A stretch of DNA of 64,000 bases from Verrucomicrobiales bacterium (GTDB lineage Bacteria; Verrucomicrobiota; Verrucomicrobiia; Verrucomicrobiales; DEV007). Each line of letters starts with the position of its first letter. Position 1 is the first letter of the stretch. The notes beneath the pieces were generated by a model that was not told the origin of the DNA, did no database searches, and was given only the letters and a program-made list of their open reading frames with translations. This document shows, piece by piece, positions 16,704 through 25,927 of this stretch. Both the position numbers and the translations under genes were made by a program. The DNA lies in the NCBI GenBank assembly GCA_013213905.1, contig JABSSQ010000001.1, forward strand, positions 54,980-118,979, in the 5' to 3' direction.

Positions 16704-17123
16704 ATGCGTCTCCCCTTAAAGACAGAATATGCCTGCCAGATGCTCGCGCAACTGGCGTTGACGTATTCTGAGGAGGGCGTTCGCCAGGTGGAGGATCTGG
16801 CGGCGGCGGAGAACCTTTCCCCGAACTATTCGGTCCAAATTCTGACGACGCTGCGGCAGGCCGGATTGGTCATCAGTCGCCGGGGAAAGAATGGCGGATA
16901 TCTGCTCGCCAAGCACCCCGATGAGATCTCGCTGGCCGACATCGCTCTCGCTATGGAGGGCGGATCGATCATCGAGAGCAGCCCCGGCAATGAAGGCATG
17001 TCATCCGGAAATGTTCACGCCGCGTGGGTGCGTGTGAACGAGGCGCTCCTCGAGAACTGCCGCGAAATCAAATTGTCCGAGCTCGTTGCGACAGCTGACG
17101 ATGACTCGGACTGGATGATTTGA
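16704..17123 (+). CDS. Rrf2-family transcriptional regulator (CymR-like, no Fe-S Cys triad)
   Basis: KTEYAC, LVISRRGKNGGYLLAK, ISLADI. Start set at ATG 16704. Confidence 0.9.
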   Translation: MRLPLKTEYACQMLAQLALTYSEEGVRQVEDLAAAENLSPNYSVQILTTLRQAGLVISRRGKNGGYLLAKHPDEISLADIALAMEGGSIIESSPGNEGMSSGNVHAAWVRVNEALLENCREIKLSELVATADDDSDWMI

Positions 17124-17205
17124 TCAGCTGTTGAGCTGGTAGCGATTTGGCTCTTTAGCCTTTGTTTTGAAAAGCTAAACGGCAAAATAGCTAAGGGCTA
17201 AAACG
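17124..17205. repeat. 7-8-nt-periodic imperfect inverted repeat (TTAGC / GCTAA arms) at a convergent junction
   Basis: Right arm TAGCTAA GGGCTAA AACGCTAA; left arm carries the complementary (T)TAGC units. Confidence 0.55.
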
Positions 17206-17592
17206 CTAATCCTTCGGCGTGTAATCAAACACGAACACCTTATCGAGGTGCGGTTTCAGGATTTCCACGAAAGCCTTGTGATCGGGGTGGGGGACGTAAG
17301 CCTCGAGAGCTGCCTTGTCCGTGAAGGTGAGGAAAAAGCAGTGAGTGAATTCGTCGTTTAACCCTTCAACACTCTCGGAGAATCCCCACTCGATGGCCTT
17401 GATACCGTCGATCTTGCCTTTGAGGGCCATGAACTCATCGACGATTCGCTGAATGTCGTTGTCGGCGGCGGAGTCCTTGAACTTAAAGAAGACAGCGTGA
17501 CGAAACTTTGGCTCTTCGTGGTTGTCGGCTTGGGCTGCGGAGACGGTCATTGTTAATGCAAAGAACAACGCAAGGAAATGAGGGAATTTCAT
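17206..17592 (-). CDS. Secreted Dabb (stress-responsive A/B barrel) protein
   Basis: Signal peptide; FRHAVFFKFK, FTHCFFLTF, YVPHPDH, KVFVFDY. Confidence 0.85.
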   Translation of the reverse strand: MKFPHFLALFFALTMTVSAAQADNHEEPKFRHAVFFKFKDSAADNDIQRIVDEFMALKGKIDGIKAIEWGFSESVEGLNDEFTHCFFLTFTDKAALEAYVPHPDHKAFVEILKPHLDKVFVFDYTPKD

Positions 17593-17649
17593 GGGGAAAC
17601 TCTTTGCGAAACGATCTGATCTGTCGAACATAAACTCCACTTTCGAAAC

Positions 17650-19218
17650 ATGAGCTCTTGGGACACTTACCAGAAATCCATCATCCGATATCCTGAAATC
17701 GGATTCACCATCGACACCAGCCGCATGGACGCTCCAGCGGAGTGGTCCTCCGAAATGCAGGATAAGATTGCCCGTGCTTTCAAGGATCGCGCGGCGATCG
17801 AAGCCGGTGAGCTCATGAATCCTGACGAAGGTCGTGCGGTCGGCCACTACTGGCTGCGCAACGCAGACCTCGCTCCGGCTGAGGAAGGTCAGTGGATCAA
17901 GGATGTGCTCAACGGAGTTCAGACCTTTGCCAAGCAAGTGCTCGATGGTGATATCAAGGCGCCGAACGATCGCACTTTCCGTCATGTGCTTCTCGTGGGA
18001 ATCGGAGGTTCCGCTCTCGGACCTCAACTTGTCGGTAAGGCGTTGCTTCCTGCGAACGCCCCCGTCGACATTCACTACCTCGACAATACCGATCCCGGTG
18101 GAATGGACCTGGTGTTCGAGGAGCTTGGTGACGGACTGGCTGAAACCCTGGTCGTTGTGATTTCAAAATCAGGAGGCACTGCCGAGACCCGCAACGGAAT
18201 GCTGGAGGCAGAGAAAGCATTCACCGCTCGCGGACTCGACTTTCCCAAGTATGCCGTTGCCGTGACTGGTGAAGGCAGCAAGCTCGACCAGCATGCAGAG
18301 TCACAGGGCTGGATCACCCGACTGCCGATGTCCGACTGGATCGGTGGCAGGACCTCGGTGATGAGCGCTGTAGGACTGCTTCCGGCTGCCTTGCTCGGGC
18401 TCGACATTGAACAGTTTCTCGCCGGCGCCGCGGCGATGGATGAAAAGACCCGCGTCGACGATGCTGCCACCAACGCTGCGATGACTCTCGCCCTGATGTG
18501 GCATCACGCCGGCGACGGAGTTGGCAAAAAGGACATGGTGATTCTTCCCTACTGCGACCGCCTCGACCTGATGAGCAAGTATCTCCAGCAACTCGTAATG
18601 GAGTCGCTTGGTAAGGAACTCGACCTGGATGGCCAGCAGGTGAACCAGGGCATTGCCGTCTACGGCAACAAGGGCTCGACTGATCAGCACGCCTACGTGC
18701 AGCAACTGCGCGACGGGCTTCTCAATTTCTTCGCGACCTTCATCGAGGTGCGTTCCACTCGCAGCGGCGACTCCATGCAAGTCGACGAGTTGGGTTCGAC
18801 GACCGGTGACTATCTCCAGGGTTTCCTTCGCGGCACTCGCAAGGCCCTTTACGAAAGCGGAAGACAGTCAATCACGATCACTCTTGATTCACTTAATGCC
18901 TTTTCGCTGGGATCGCTCATTGCCCTCTATGAGCGAGCGGTTTCGTTCTACGCCAGCCTGGTAAACATCAACGCCTACCACCAACCCGGTGTTGAGGCCG
19001 GCAAGAAAGCCGCCGGGGATTTCCTCGACCTGCTTGCCCGGGTGAAGAGTCACCTCGCCGAGACGGGTTCCGGAGGCGTTACGGCTGAATCGATGGCTTC
19101 CAACCTGGGTGAGAGCGACGTCGAGGCGGTCTATCACTGCCTCAATCACCTCGCCGCTGCCGGAGCCTGTGAGCGCACCGACGGGGAGAATCCTGCGTCG
19201 GACAGATTTGCCTGCTAA
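17650..19218 (+). CDS. pgi: Glucose-6-phosphate isomerase
   Basis: [53 protein letters not shown]. Confidence 0.96.
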   Translation: MSSWDTYQKSIIRYPEIGFTIDTSRMDAPAEWSSEMQDKIARAFKDRAAIEAGELMNPDEGRAVGHYWLRNADLAPAEEGQWIKDVLNGVQTFAKQVLDGDIKAPNDRTFRHVLLVGIGGSALGPQLVGKALLPANAPVDIHYLDNTDPGGMDLVFEELGDGLAETLVVVISKSGGTAETRNGMLEAEKAFTARGLDFPKYAVAVTGEGSKLDQHAESQGWITRLPMSDWIGGRTSVMSAVGLLPAALLGLDIEQFLAGAAAMDEKTRVDDAATNAAMTLALMWHHAGDGVGKKDMVILPYCDRLDLMSKYLQQLVMESLGKELDLDGQQVNQGIAVYGNKGSTDQHAYVQQLRDGLLNFFATFIEVRSTRSGDSMQVDELGSTTGDYLQGFLRGTRKALYESGRQSITITLDSLNAFSLGSLIALYERAVSFYASLVNINAYHQPGVEAGKKAAGDFLDLLARVKSHLAETGSGGVTAESMASNLGESDVEAVYHCLNHLAAAGACERTDGENPASDRFAC

Positions 19219-19250
19219 GCTGCCAAACGAGGCTTTGCGAACTTTGAGAA

Positions 19251-19726
19251 GTCGCCGCAGGCGTGGAGGGCCGTGCTCCTGCACGGCCGTTCGGTCTGCC
19301 ATGCTCGTTCAGCGTTTGAGTGGATCCGCTCTACGACGCGAACGCACGGTCGCGGGGGACTGCGACCCTCCATGGCTACGCCATTCTTCAACCGTCACCG
19401 CAGGCGTGGAGGGCCGTGCTCCTGCACGGCCGTTCCGGTCTGCCATGCTCGTTCAGCGTTTGAGTGGATCCGCTCTACGACGCGAACGCACGGTCGCAGG
19501 GGACTGCGACCCTCCATGGCTGCGCCATTCTTCAACCGTCGCCGCAGGCGTGGAGGGCTGTGCTCCTGCACGGCCGTTCGGTCTGCCATGCTCGTTCAGC
19601 GTTTGAGTGGAGTCGCTCTACGACGCGAGCGCACGGTCGCAGGGGACTGCGACCCTCCATGGCTACGCCATTCTTCAACCGTCACCGCAGGCGTGGAGGG
19701 CCGTGCTCCTGCACGGCCGTTCGGTC
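19251..19726. repeat. BIME-like tandem array: 3 full 143-144-bp units plus a 46-bp partial unit, 7 alternating REP-like hairpins
   Basis: Units start at 19251, 19394, 19538 and 19681. Each carries TGGAG-GGCCGTGC-TCCT-GCACGGCC forward and TGGAG-GGTCGCAG-TCCC-CTGCGACC on the reverse strand. Confidence 0.9.
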
Positions 19727-19745
19727 TATTTTGCTATCGAAGGAA

Positions 19746-20531
19746 CTAGGCTTCCTGCTCGCGCGCCGGCCGCACCGGCACCCCGTGGTCGCCGAGGTAT
19801 TCCTTAACATCGCTGACGGTGTAGTCACCAAAGTGAAAGATACTTGCGGCGAGGACGGCGTCAGCTTTGCCTTGATCTAACACATCAACCATGTGGTCGA
19901 TGTTGCCGGCTCCGCCGCTGGCAATGACCGGAATGGGAACGGCATCGCTGATCGCTGCGGTCAGTTCCAGATCGTAACCGGCTTTAGTTCCGTCGGCGTC
20001 CATGGAGGTGAGAAGAATTTCTCCAGCTCCCCGTTCGTAAACTTCCGTGGCCCATTCAATTGCGTCGCGGCCGGTCGGGGTGCGACCTCCGTGGGTAAAG
20101 ACTTCCCATCCGTCGGCGGGATCACCGGTCCGCCGCTTAGCGTCGATCGCCACCACGATGCACTGGGCCCCGAAAGCCTTCGAACCTGCAGAGACAAGAT
20201 CCGGATTGTTCACGGCGGCGGTATTGATGCCCACCTTGTCGGCCCCGGCCATGAGCATCTCACGCATGTCGTCGACGGTGCGGATGCCACCTCCCACCGT
20301 CACCGGCATAAAGCAACGTTCAGCGGTTTTGCGAACCACGTCGACCATGGTTTTCCGCTCATCGGAAGAGGCGGTGATATCGAGAAAGACAAGTTCGTCA
20401 GCCCCCTGGCGATTGTATTCCACCGCGCAATCGACCGGATCACCGGCATCGCGAAGATTTACAAAATTTGTGCCTTTGACGACTCGGCCGTCTGTGACGT
20501 CGAGGCAGGGGATAATTCGCTTGGTCAGCAT
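19746..20531 (-). CDS. hisF: Imidazole glycerol phosphate synthase cyclase subunit
   Basis: [55 protein letters not shown]. Confidence 0.98.
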   Translation of the reverse strand: MLTKRIIPCLDVTDGRVVKGTNFVNLRDAGDPVDCAVEYNRQGADELVFLDITASSDERKTMVDVVRKTAERCFMPVTVGGGIRTVDDMREMLMAGADKVGINTAAVNNPDLVSAGSKAFGAQCIVVAIDAKRRTGDPADGWEVFTHGGRTPTGRDAIEWATEVYERGAGEILLTSMDADGTKAGYDLELTAAISDAVPIPVIASGGAGNIDHMVDVLDQGKADAVLAASIFHFGDYTVSDVKEYLGDHGVPVRPAREQEA

Positions 20532-20672
20532 GGCGCCACCATAGCAGGTGGTTTGGAGCTTTCTAGCGGCTTGCTGGGGCCGAACGAAAAAAATTTAAAT
20601 ATTCTCTATAAAAGTTCTGGTAATTAGGAACGATTAATGTTTAACTTTTCTTAGATAATTTCCACAAATCCC

Positions 20673-21089
20673 ATGGAAGCCGTTTCCCACGCCTCATCCA
20701 CCCAGTCTGAGCTGTTTTTTGATGACTCATTTGCGGTCATCCCGCGCAACTGCGATACCGCAGTGGTTTACTGGAACCTGACGAGTGAACGTCAGCCGAT
20801 GCATTGCAAGTCCCGCTTGTGCCTGCAGATCAACGGGTTGGAGACGGATGCGGAGGAAATGATTATTCTCCATCGCGAGTCCGGACACTTCATTGTCCCA
20901 CTCCTCGCTGATGATCGCGAATACACCATCGCGCTCGGCTGGTCTGACGTGAATGGCTTCCGTTCGATCTTCGAGCAATCGGTCAAACTGCCTGAGTTTC
21001 CCAAAGCGTCCGTCGGCGCCATGAGCAGTTCGCTGAGTTTTCGCGGTGCTCACTTCTGGCCCAAGGGTTACGGAACTTCAGTCAACTGA
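20673..21089 (+). CDS. DUF4912-like hypothetical protein
   Basis: VIPRNCDTAVVYWNL...HFIVP...YTIALGW resembles the DUF4912 pattern (by eye). Confidence 0.55.
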   Translation: MEAVSHASSTQSELFFDDSFAVIPRNCDTAVVYWNLTSERQPMHCKSRLCLQINGLETDAEEMIILHRESGHFIVPLLADDREYTIALGWSDVNGFRSIFEQSVKLPEFPKASVGAMSSSLSFRGAHFWPKGYGTSVN

Positions 21090-21120
21090 GCGCTTCCGCC
21101 CCTAACTTCGAACTGACATT

Positions 21121-22023
21121 GTGGCCGAGATTGACCAGGAGAACGCTGAAGTTGAAGCGTTTCTCGAATACCTGTCAGTCGAGAAAAATTGCTCTCATCG
21201 AACACTGAGCAATTACGAACACGCTATTGACGTGTTTCGCGATTCTGTTTTGAAGTTCCCCGGGTGGGGCAAACTCGATGCGGATGATTTTCGGGACTAC
21301 CTCTACGATTGCATGAAGAGCGGCTGGGCGCGCTCGACGATTCGCCTTCACTTCTCCGCCCTTCGCAGTTTCTACAAATTCCTGACACGTCGACACGGAC
21401 TGGCGATGAACCCGTTGCTCGACGTGGAGTTGCCCAAGGCGGAGAAGAAGCTGCCCGTGGTACTGAACCAGGCCCAGGTCAACGAATTGCTGGAGATGCC
21501 GTTCAAGGTCGAGCAGCCGAAACAGGCTGCTCCCTGGACGGCTCATCGGGATGCCGCCATCCTCGAATTGTTTTACAGTTCGGGCATCCGCCTCGCCGAA
21601 CTCACTGCTCTGAATGTCGAAGACTTTGATCTGCCTAACGAGTGTGTTCGCGTCTTCGGTAAGGGGAATAAGGAACGGATCTGTCCTGTGGGAACGCCGG
21701 CGGCAGATGCCCTGCACGCCTATCGCAACGAGGCGCGGGTCATGGAAGGGCCGCTCTTCATCAGCAAGCTGCGCAAGCGAATGACGAGCCGTGCGATCTC
21801 GGATATCTTTAAGAAATACCACGCGCTTTCGAATATTCCCGTGAACATCAGCCCGCACAAATTGCGCCACAGCTTTGCGACTCACCTGCTGGATCACGGT
21901 GCCGATTTGCGAAGTGTTCAGACTTTGTTAGGGCACGCGAGCCTCTCGACGACGCAGATCTATACACATGTATCGATCGAACGTATGAAGAAGGTTTATG
22001 AGAAAGCTCATCCTCGCGCTTGA
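21121..22023 (+). CDS. xerC: Tyrosine recombinase XerC
   Basis: ELFYSSGIRLAEL, GKGNKER, PHKLRHSFATHLL, LLGHASLSTTQIYTH, YEKAHPRA end; GTG start. Confidence 0.9.
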   Translation: MAEIDQENAEVEAFLEYLSVEKNCSHRTLSNYEHAIDVFRDSVLKFPGWGKLDADDFRDYLYDCMKSGWARSTIRLHFSALRSFYKFLTRRHGLAMNPLLDVELPKAEKKLPVVLNQAQVNELLEMPFKVEQPKQAAPWTAHRDAAILELFYSSGIRLAELTALNVEDFDLPNECVRVFGKGNKERICPVGTPAADALHAYRNEARVMEGPLFISKLRKRMTSRAISDIFKKYHALSNIPVNISPHKLRHSFATHLLDHGADLRSVQTLLGHASLSTTQIYTHVSIERMKKVYEKAHPRA

Positions 22024-22058
22024 TTCCCGACGCGGCCCCGTCATCCTGATAGGGGTGC

Positions 22059-23837
22059 ATGAGTTCCGGGGAAGACAAGTCCGTCGGTGATGCGAACGAG
22101 GAGGAAGTTCCCTCCGGTTCGTTCGTGGAGCGGGTTCGCCTCGTGGATCATATTCACCGTCATCTGAGCTATTCGGTGTTTGGGCTCTGCCTGCTTGCCA
22201 TTCCGGTGGGCATTCTGACCGGGTACGGTGCCTGGGGTTTTCGACGCGTCTTTCGGATCGCGGGCGACTGGCTTCGGGGAGATATGGAAATCTCCGGGGG
22301 AATGCTGCAGATGATTCAGCTTTCAGTTGGAGGTTTGATTTTCGGCCTCGTTCTGCATTTCCTGAGGTGGGAGCGCTTCCGAACTCCGGCGCATGTCATC
22401 GTGGCAGCCTCAGAGAACGGGGGAAAACTTCGGCTACGCGACGGATCCATTACCGCTGTCGCGGATGCGATCGCACTGGCACTGGCGGCTCCGGTGGGAC
22501 GGTATGGCCCGGCCGTCAGCCTGGGCGCGATGATTGGTTCGGTCTTTGCCCAGTGGATGAAGCTTGGTGAAACGAGCATCAAGATCTTGCTGGGGTGTGG
22601 AGTCGCCGGGGCGATATCAGCTTCGTTCAATGCGCCCATCGCCGGGGTTATCTTTGCTCACGAGGTCATTATCGGGCACTTCAAGTTGAAGGCCTTTGCG
22701 CCGATTACCCTGTCATCGGTCGCTGCGGTTGCTTTAACACGTTTCCACCAGGTCGAGTACGTCGGTTTGAAGCTGTGGCAGGCACCTCATCCCGTAACCC
22801 TGGAAGATTACCCGCTCTACATGCTGCTCGGTTTGATCTCTGCGCTTGTTGCGATGATGTATATGTCAGGAATCATGCGCGCGTCCTGGGTAGCTCGAAA
22901 GGCGCGCCTGCCGAAATGGATTCAGCCCATGATTGGTGGAGCGATTGCCGGTGTCGTTGGTTTGTGGTTACCCGGTGCCCTGGGATTGGGGGATCGCACT
23001 TTCCTCGCGGTGCTGGAGCAGAATCTCGACAGCCCCCAGTTCGGGGTGATGGCTTTGGCCGCTCTTGGGCTTGGCAAACTGATCGGCAGTGTCTGTTGCC
23101 TGGGGCTGCGTTATCCCGGTGGAGCGTTTACTCCCGCGATGTTCATCGGAGCCATGATCGGCGGTGTCTTCGGGATTCTCGTGCCGACCCTGGACTACCA
23201 GATCAGCGTGCTCGTGGGAATGGGGGCCATGGTGGGGGCTGTCGTCGGAGCGCCACTTTCAGTCATTTTGATCGTCTTCGAATTGACCGAGAACTACCAG
23301 GCCGCAACCGGTGTGATGGTTGCGGTGGTGGTGGCGAATGCGCTGGTGACCCGCTATTTTGCCCGGTCGCTCTTTCATCGTCAGATTCGTGTCTGGGGAA
23401 TCGAGATCAACCGACCGGGTGAGCAGCGCTTGCTTTCCCGGCGCTTCCTGAGCGAACTGGTTCGTCGGGATGCCGCAACCGTATCCAGTGGCGCCAGCTA
23501 TGAGGAATCCCGGGAGACGCTCGATAAACATCGAGGGCGCGTCATCTTTGTTATCGATTCGGAGGGCGACTTGATCGGGCAGTTGCCGGATGTGAACTGG
23601 AGCGAACTCAATGAGGAAACCCGCATGGGTGATCTGGCAGTGAAGCCGAAGGTGATGCTTTGCGAGACTGATACCCAGTGGTATGGCTTCGAGAAGATGG
23701 AGCACCATGCAAACCAGGTCGCGCCAGTGATCGAATCGGAAGACAGCCAAAAACTCGTGGGCGTGATTACAACGCCACGCTTGATGGTCGCTTACCGCAA
23801 GGCCATCCAGGAGAGCCGAAGAGATGGCGAACGCTGA
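22059..23837 (+). CDS. CLC-family anion transporter/channel with C-terminal CBS pair; non-canonical motifs
   Basis: GRYGP, SFNAPIAGVIFAHE, GGAFTPAMFIGA, VGAPLSVILIVFELT, then CBS-like tail. Confidence 0.9.
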   Translation: MSSGEDKSVGDANEEEVPSGSFVERVRLVDHIHRHLSYSVFGLCLLAIPVGILTGYGAWGFRRVFRIAGDWLRGDMEISGGMLQMIQLSVGGLIFGLVLHFLRWERFRTPAHVIVAASENGGKLRLRDGSITAVADAIALALAAPVGRYGPAVSLGAMIGSVFAQWMKLGETSIKILLGCGVAGAISASFNAPIAGVIFAHEVIIGHFKLKAFAPITLSSVAAVALTRFHQVEYVGLKLWQAPHPVTLEDYPLYMLLGLISALVAMMYMSGIMRASWVARKARLPKWIQPMIGGAIAGVVGLWLPGALGLGDRTFLAVLEQNLDSPQFGVMALAALGLGKLIGSVCCLGLRYPGGAFTPAMFIGAMIGGVFGILVPTLDYQISVLVGMGAMVGAVVGAPLSVILIVFELTENYQAATGVMVAVVVANALVTRYFARSLFHRQIRVWGIEINRPGEQRLLSRRFLSELVRRDAATVSSGASYEESRETLDKHRGRVIFVIDSEGDLIGQLPDVNWSELNEETRMGDLAVKPKVMLCETDTQWYGFEKMEHHANQVAPVIESEDSQKLVGVITTPRLMVAYRKAIQESRRDGER

Positions 23838-23876
23838 TCAGGATGCCCTCAAAAGGGGAACGATCCCGACCCGGAT

Positions 23877-24275
23877 TTACGAGTCCACTTCTGAAGCGGG
23901 CACAAACTTCAGGGCTGCGGAATTGATGCAATAACGCAGTCCGCTGGGAGGGGGACCATCGGGAAAAACGTGACCGAGGTGAGCATTGCCGGTTTTGGAG
24001 CGCACTTCGACTCGGCTCATGCCGTGACTGGTGTCTTCAACCTCGACGATTTCCTCGGGATCAATCGCTTCGAAAAAGCTGGGCCATCCCGTTCCGCTGT
24101 CGAACTTGGCTTCCGAGGAGAAAAGGGGTTTGCCGGAGATGATATCCACGTAGATACCGGGCTCCTTGTGATCCCAGTATTCATTGTCGAACGGAGGCTC
24201 AGTGCCGCATTGGCAGGTGACCCGGTATTGGGTTTCGGAGAGGCGTTCGCGGAGGTCTTCGTCGGATTCTGACAT
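23877..24275 (-). CDS. msrB: Peptide-methionine (R)-S-oxide reductase
   Basis: [35 protein letters not shown]. Confidence 0.96.
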   Translation of the reverse strand: MSESDEDLRERLSETQYRVTCQCGTEPPFDNEYWDHKEPGIYVDIISGKPLFSSEAKFDSGTGWPSFFEAIDPEEIVEVEDTSHGMSRVEVRSKTGNAHLGHVFPDGPPPSGLRYCINSAALKFVPASEVDS

Positions 24276-24362
24276 GGCTGGATTGGAGCGTAAGCCAGTG
24301 GCGGTGAGGACTCCAGTTTTTACTTTTCGCGGGGAGAAATCTCATCTATGAATGGCATCGGT

Positions 24363-24932
24363 ATGAAATTTCTCAATTTCGCTGCTTTTTTGGTCACGTT
24401 TGGTTTCTCCACGCTGGCGGAAGCAGAGCACTACGTCGACACCATGGAGTCGCTCCCGGTCGGTTGGGGAGAAGTGTATTTCGACGTTAAGGTCGTCAGT
24501 GCCGACGAATACGGGCTGACTTTCCGGCATCAGAACGGTGCTGCCAAAGTGCTGTATGAGTGGTTGCCCCGCGAAGTGGAGGAGAAATTCCGTCCCGTGG
24601 CGCCCGCAGGAGGCACTGACAAACCCGCAGGGTTCAAGGTCGAAGAGGAGTCATCCGGTATCCCGCCGCTCTTCGTCACGGTCCAGACTCGAGTCAACTT
24701 GCCCCGAAGTGGTTGGAATGCGGGACCTGTCATCAATCCCTGGGCCGGTGTCTGGGTACCGACTTGGCGCCCCTATTGGTCGAGGTATCATCCGGCTCAT
24801 GCGCTCGTGAATCCCTACTTTCGAAACTGGGCCGTTCAGGATTTCCTCTATCCTTCCCGGCTGGTTCCCCGTCCGATATGGCTGACTGGGGGGAACCTGG
24901 AGTATCGCCGTCCGCGTCTTTATTTTTACTGA
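24363..24932 (+). CDS. Hypothetical exported protein
   Basis: Signal-peptide-like start (alternative ATG at 24348); GLTFRHQNGAAKVLYEWLP segment; Trp/Pro-rich tail. Confidence 0.6.
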   Translation: MKFLNFAAFLVTFGFSTLAEAEHYVDTMESLPVGWGEVYFDVKVVSADEYGLTFRHQNGAAKVLYEWLPREVEEKFRPVAPAGGTDKPAGFKVEEESSGIPPLFVTVQTRVNLPRSGWNAGPVINPWAGVWVPTWRPYWSRYHPAHALVNPYFRNWAVQDFLYPSRLVPRPIWLTGGNLEYRRPRLYFY

Positions 24933-25024
24933 CCTTTTGACCGGGAAGAGAAAATACCTGCAAAGTCGGTCAAATAGGATGATTGGCCGAATCGTCACAC
25001 TGCTGTATAATGATTGAGCAGACT

Positions 25025-25915
25025 ATGATGGCCCCTGAGGAAATTGGAGAAAAGAAGTCGGTAAACCACACTCCGACGATTGCGCTGACCGTCGCAGCGG
25101 TGCTGTTGCTGATCGTGGGCGCTTTGAGTTATCGGGACTACGTTCGCAACAGTCTCGAGAAAGAGTATGCCGAGAAAGAGCGCATGATGATGGCTCGTCA
25201 TGGTTATGCGGTTCAACCGACACCGGGTCAGCAGGTTCCTCCGCAGCAGCAGGCAGATGTCCAGTTCCAGAACAATTACGTACCCGCACAACCGGGGCAG
25301 CCGGGTCAGCAGATGCCGGTGCAGCAGAACCAGGTAAATCCCGGTGTGAACAACGCCATGATTGCTCAGCAGGCGGCGAACATGGGGGTTGAGCATTCAC
25401 TGCCCCAAGCTGCCGATCCGGAGATCCAGGCAATCAGCAGTTCTCTCCAGCAGATTCGCGAGCAGTCTGAGAGGACGGAGCAGCAATACAATGATCTCGT
25501 CAGCGGTGTGGATGCCAGGGTGAACCAGGCGGTTGCCGCAGCCAATGAGCCGATCACTTCGGAGCTCCCAGATTTCCTACGAGAAGCCGTCGCGGATCCT
25601 CCGGGCGGCAACCCCTCGGTGCAGGCCAACATGGAGAAGATGCGGGACAAGGTTAGGGCAGCTCCTTCACTGGCGCGGGTCACAGGTTATGACCGGGACT
25701 GGGGAATCGTAACTTTCAATGCCGGAGCCGGGCAGGGCGTGAAGAAAGATCAAAGGTTCGCCGTTCGCCGTGGCGATATCATTCTCGGCTGGGTCAAGGT
25801 CGACGAAGTTCAGGCCACTTCTTCCATTGCAGTTCTGGTTACCCGGAACAAGAACATCGACACGGCTGAGAAGCCGGCGGCCGGTGATGACCTGATCAAC
25901 TTCGAACTGTTCTGA
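25025..25915 (+). CDS. Bitopic membrane protein: Gln/Pro-rich linker, coiled coil, C-terminal FlgT-C-like beta domain
   Basis: TM helix TIALTVAAVLLLIVGAL; C-terminal WGIVTFNAGAGQGVKKDQRFAVRRG...GWVKVDEV. TATAAT at 25006-25011 favours the start at 25025. Confidence 0.65.
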   Translation: MMAPEEIGEKKSVNHTPTIALTVAAVLLLIVGALSYRDYVRNSLEKEYAEKERMMMARHGYAVQPTPGQQVPPQQQADVQFQNNYVPAQPGQPGQQMPVQQNQVNPGVNNAMIAQQAANMGVEHSLPQAADPEIQAISSSLQQIREQSERTEQQYNDLVSGVDARVNQAVAAANEPITSELPDFLREAVADPPGGNPSVQANMEKMRDKVRAAPSLARVTGYDRDWGIVTFNAGAGQGVKKDQRFAVRRGDIILGWVKVDEVQATSSIAVLVTRNKNIDTAEKPAAGDDLINFELF

Positions 25916-25927
25916 TCCGGAACCAGC

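Noticed and set aside
19251-19726. CRISPR interpretation of the tandem array
   Set aside because: The inter-hairpin sequences are near-identical between units rather than unique spacers, the hairpins alternate in orientation, and no cas genes are present.
19109-19880. Several repetitive ORFs (66-165 aa) spanning the tandem array
   Set aside because: They are translations of the 143-bp repeat in shifting frames (the unit length is not a multiple of 3); no coding signal.
24936-24974. TTTGACCG...CGGTCAAA inverted repeat between two hypothetical genes
   Set aside because: The 23-nt loop is too long for a TetR-type operator and there is no U-tract; a single occurrence with no supporting context.
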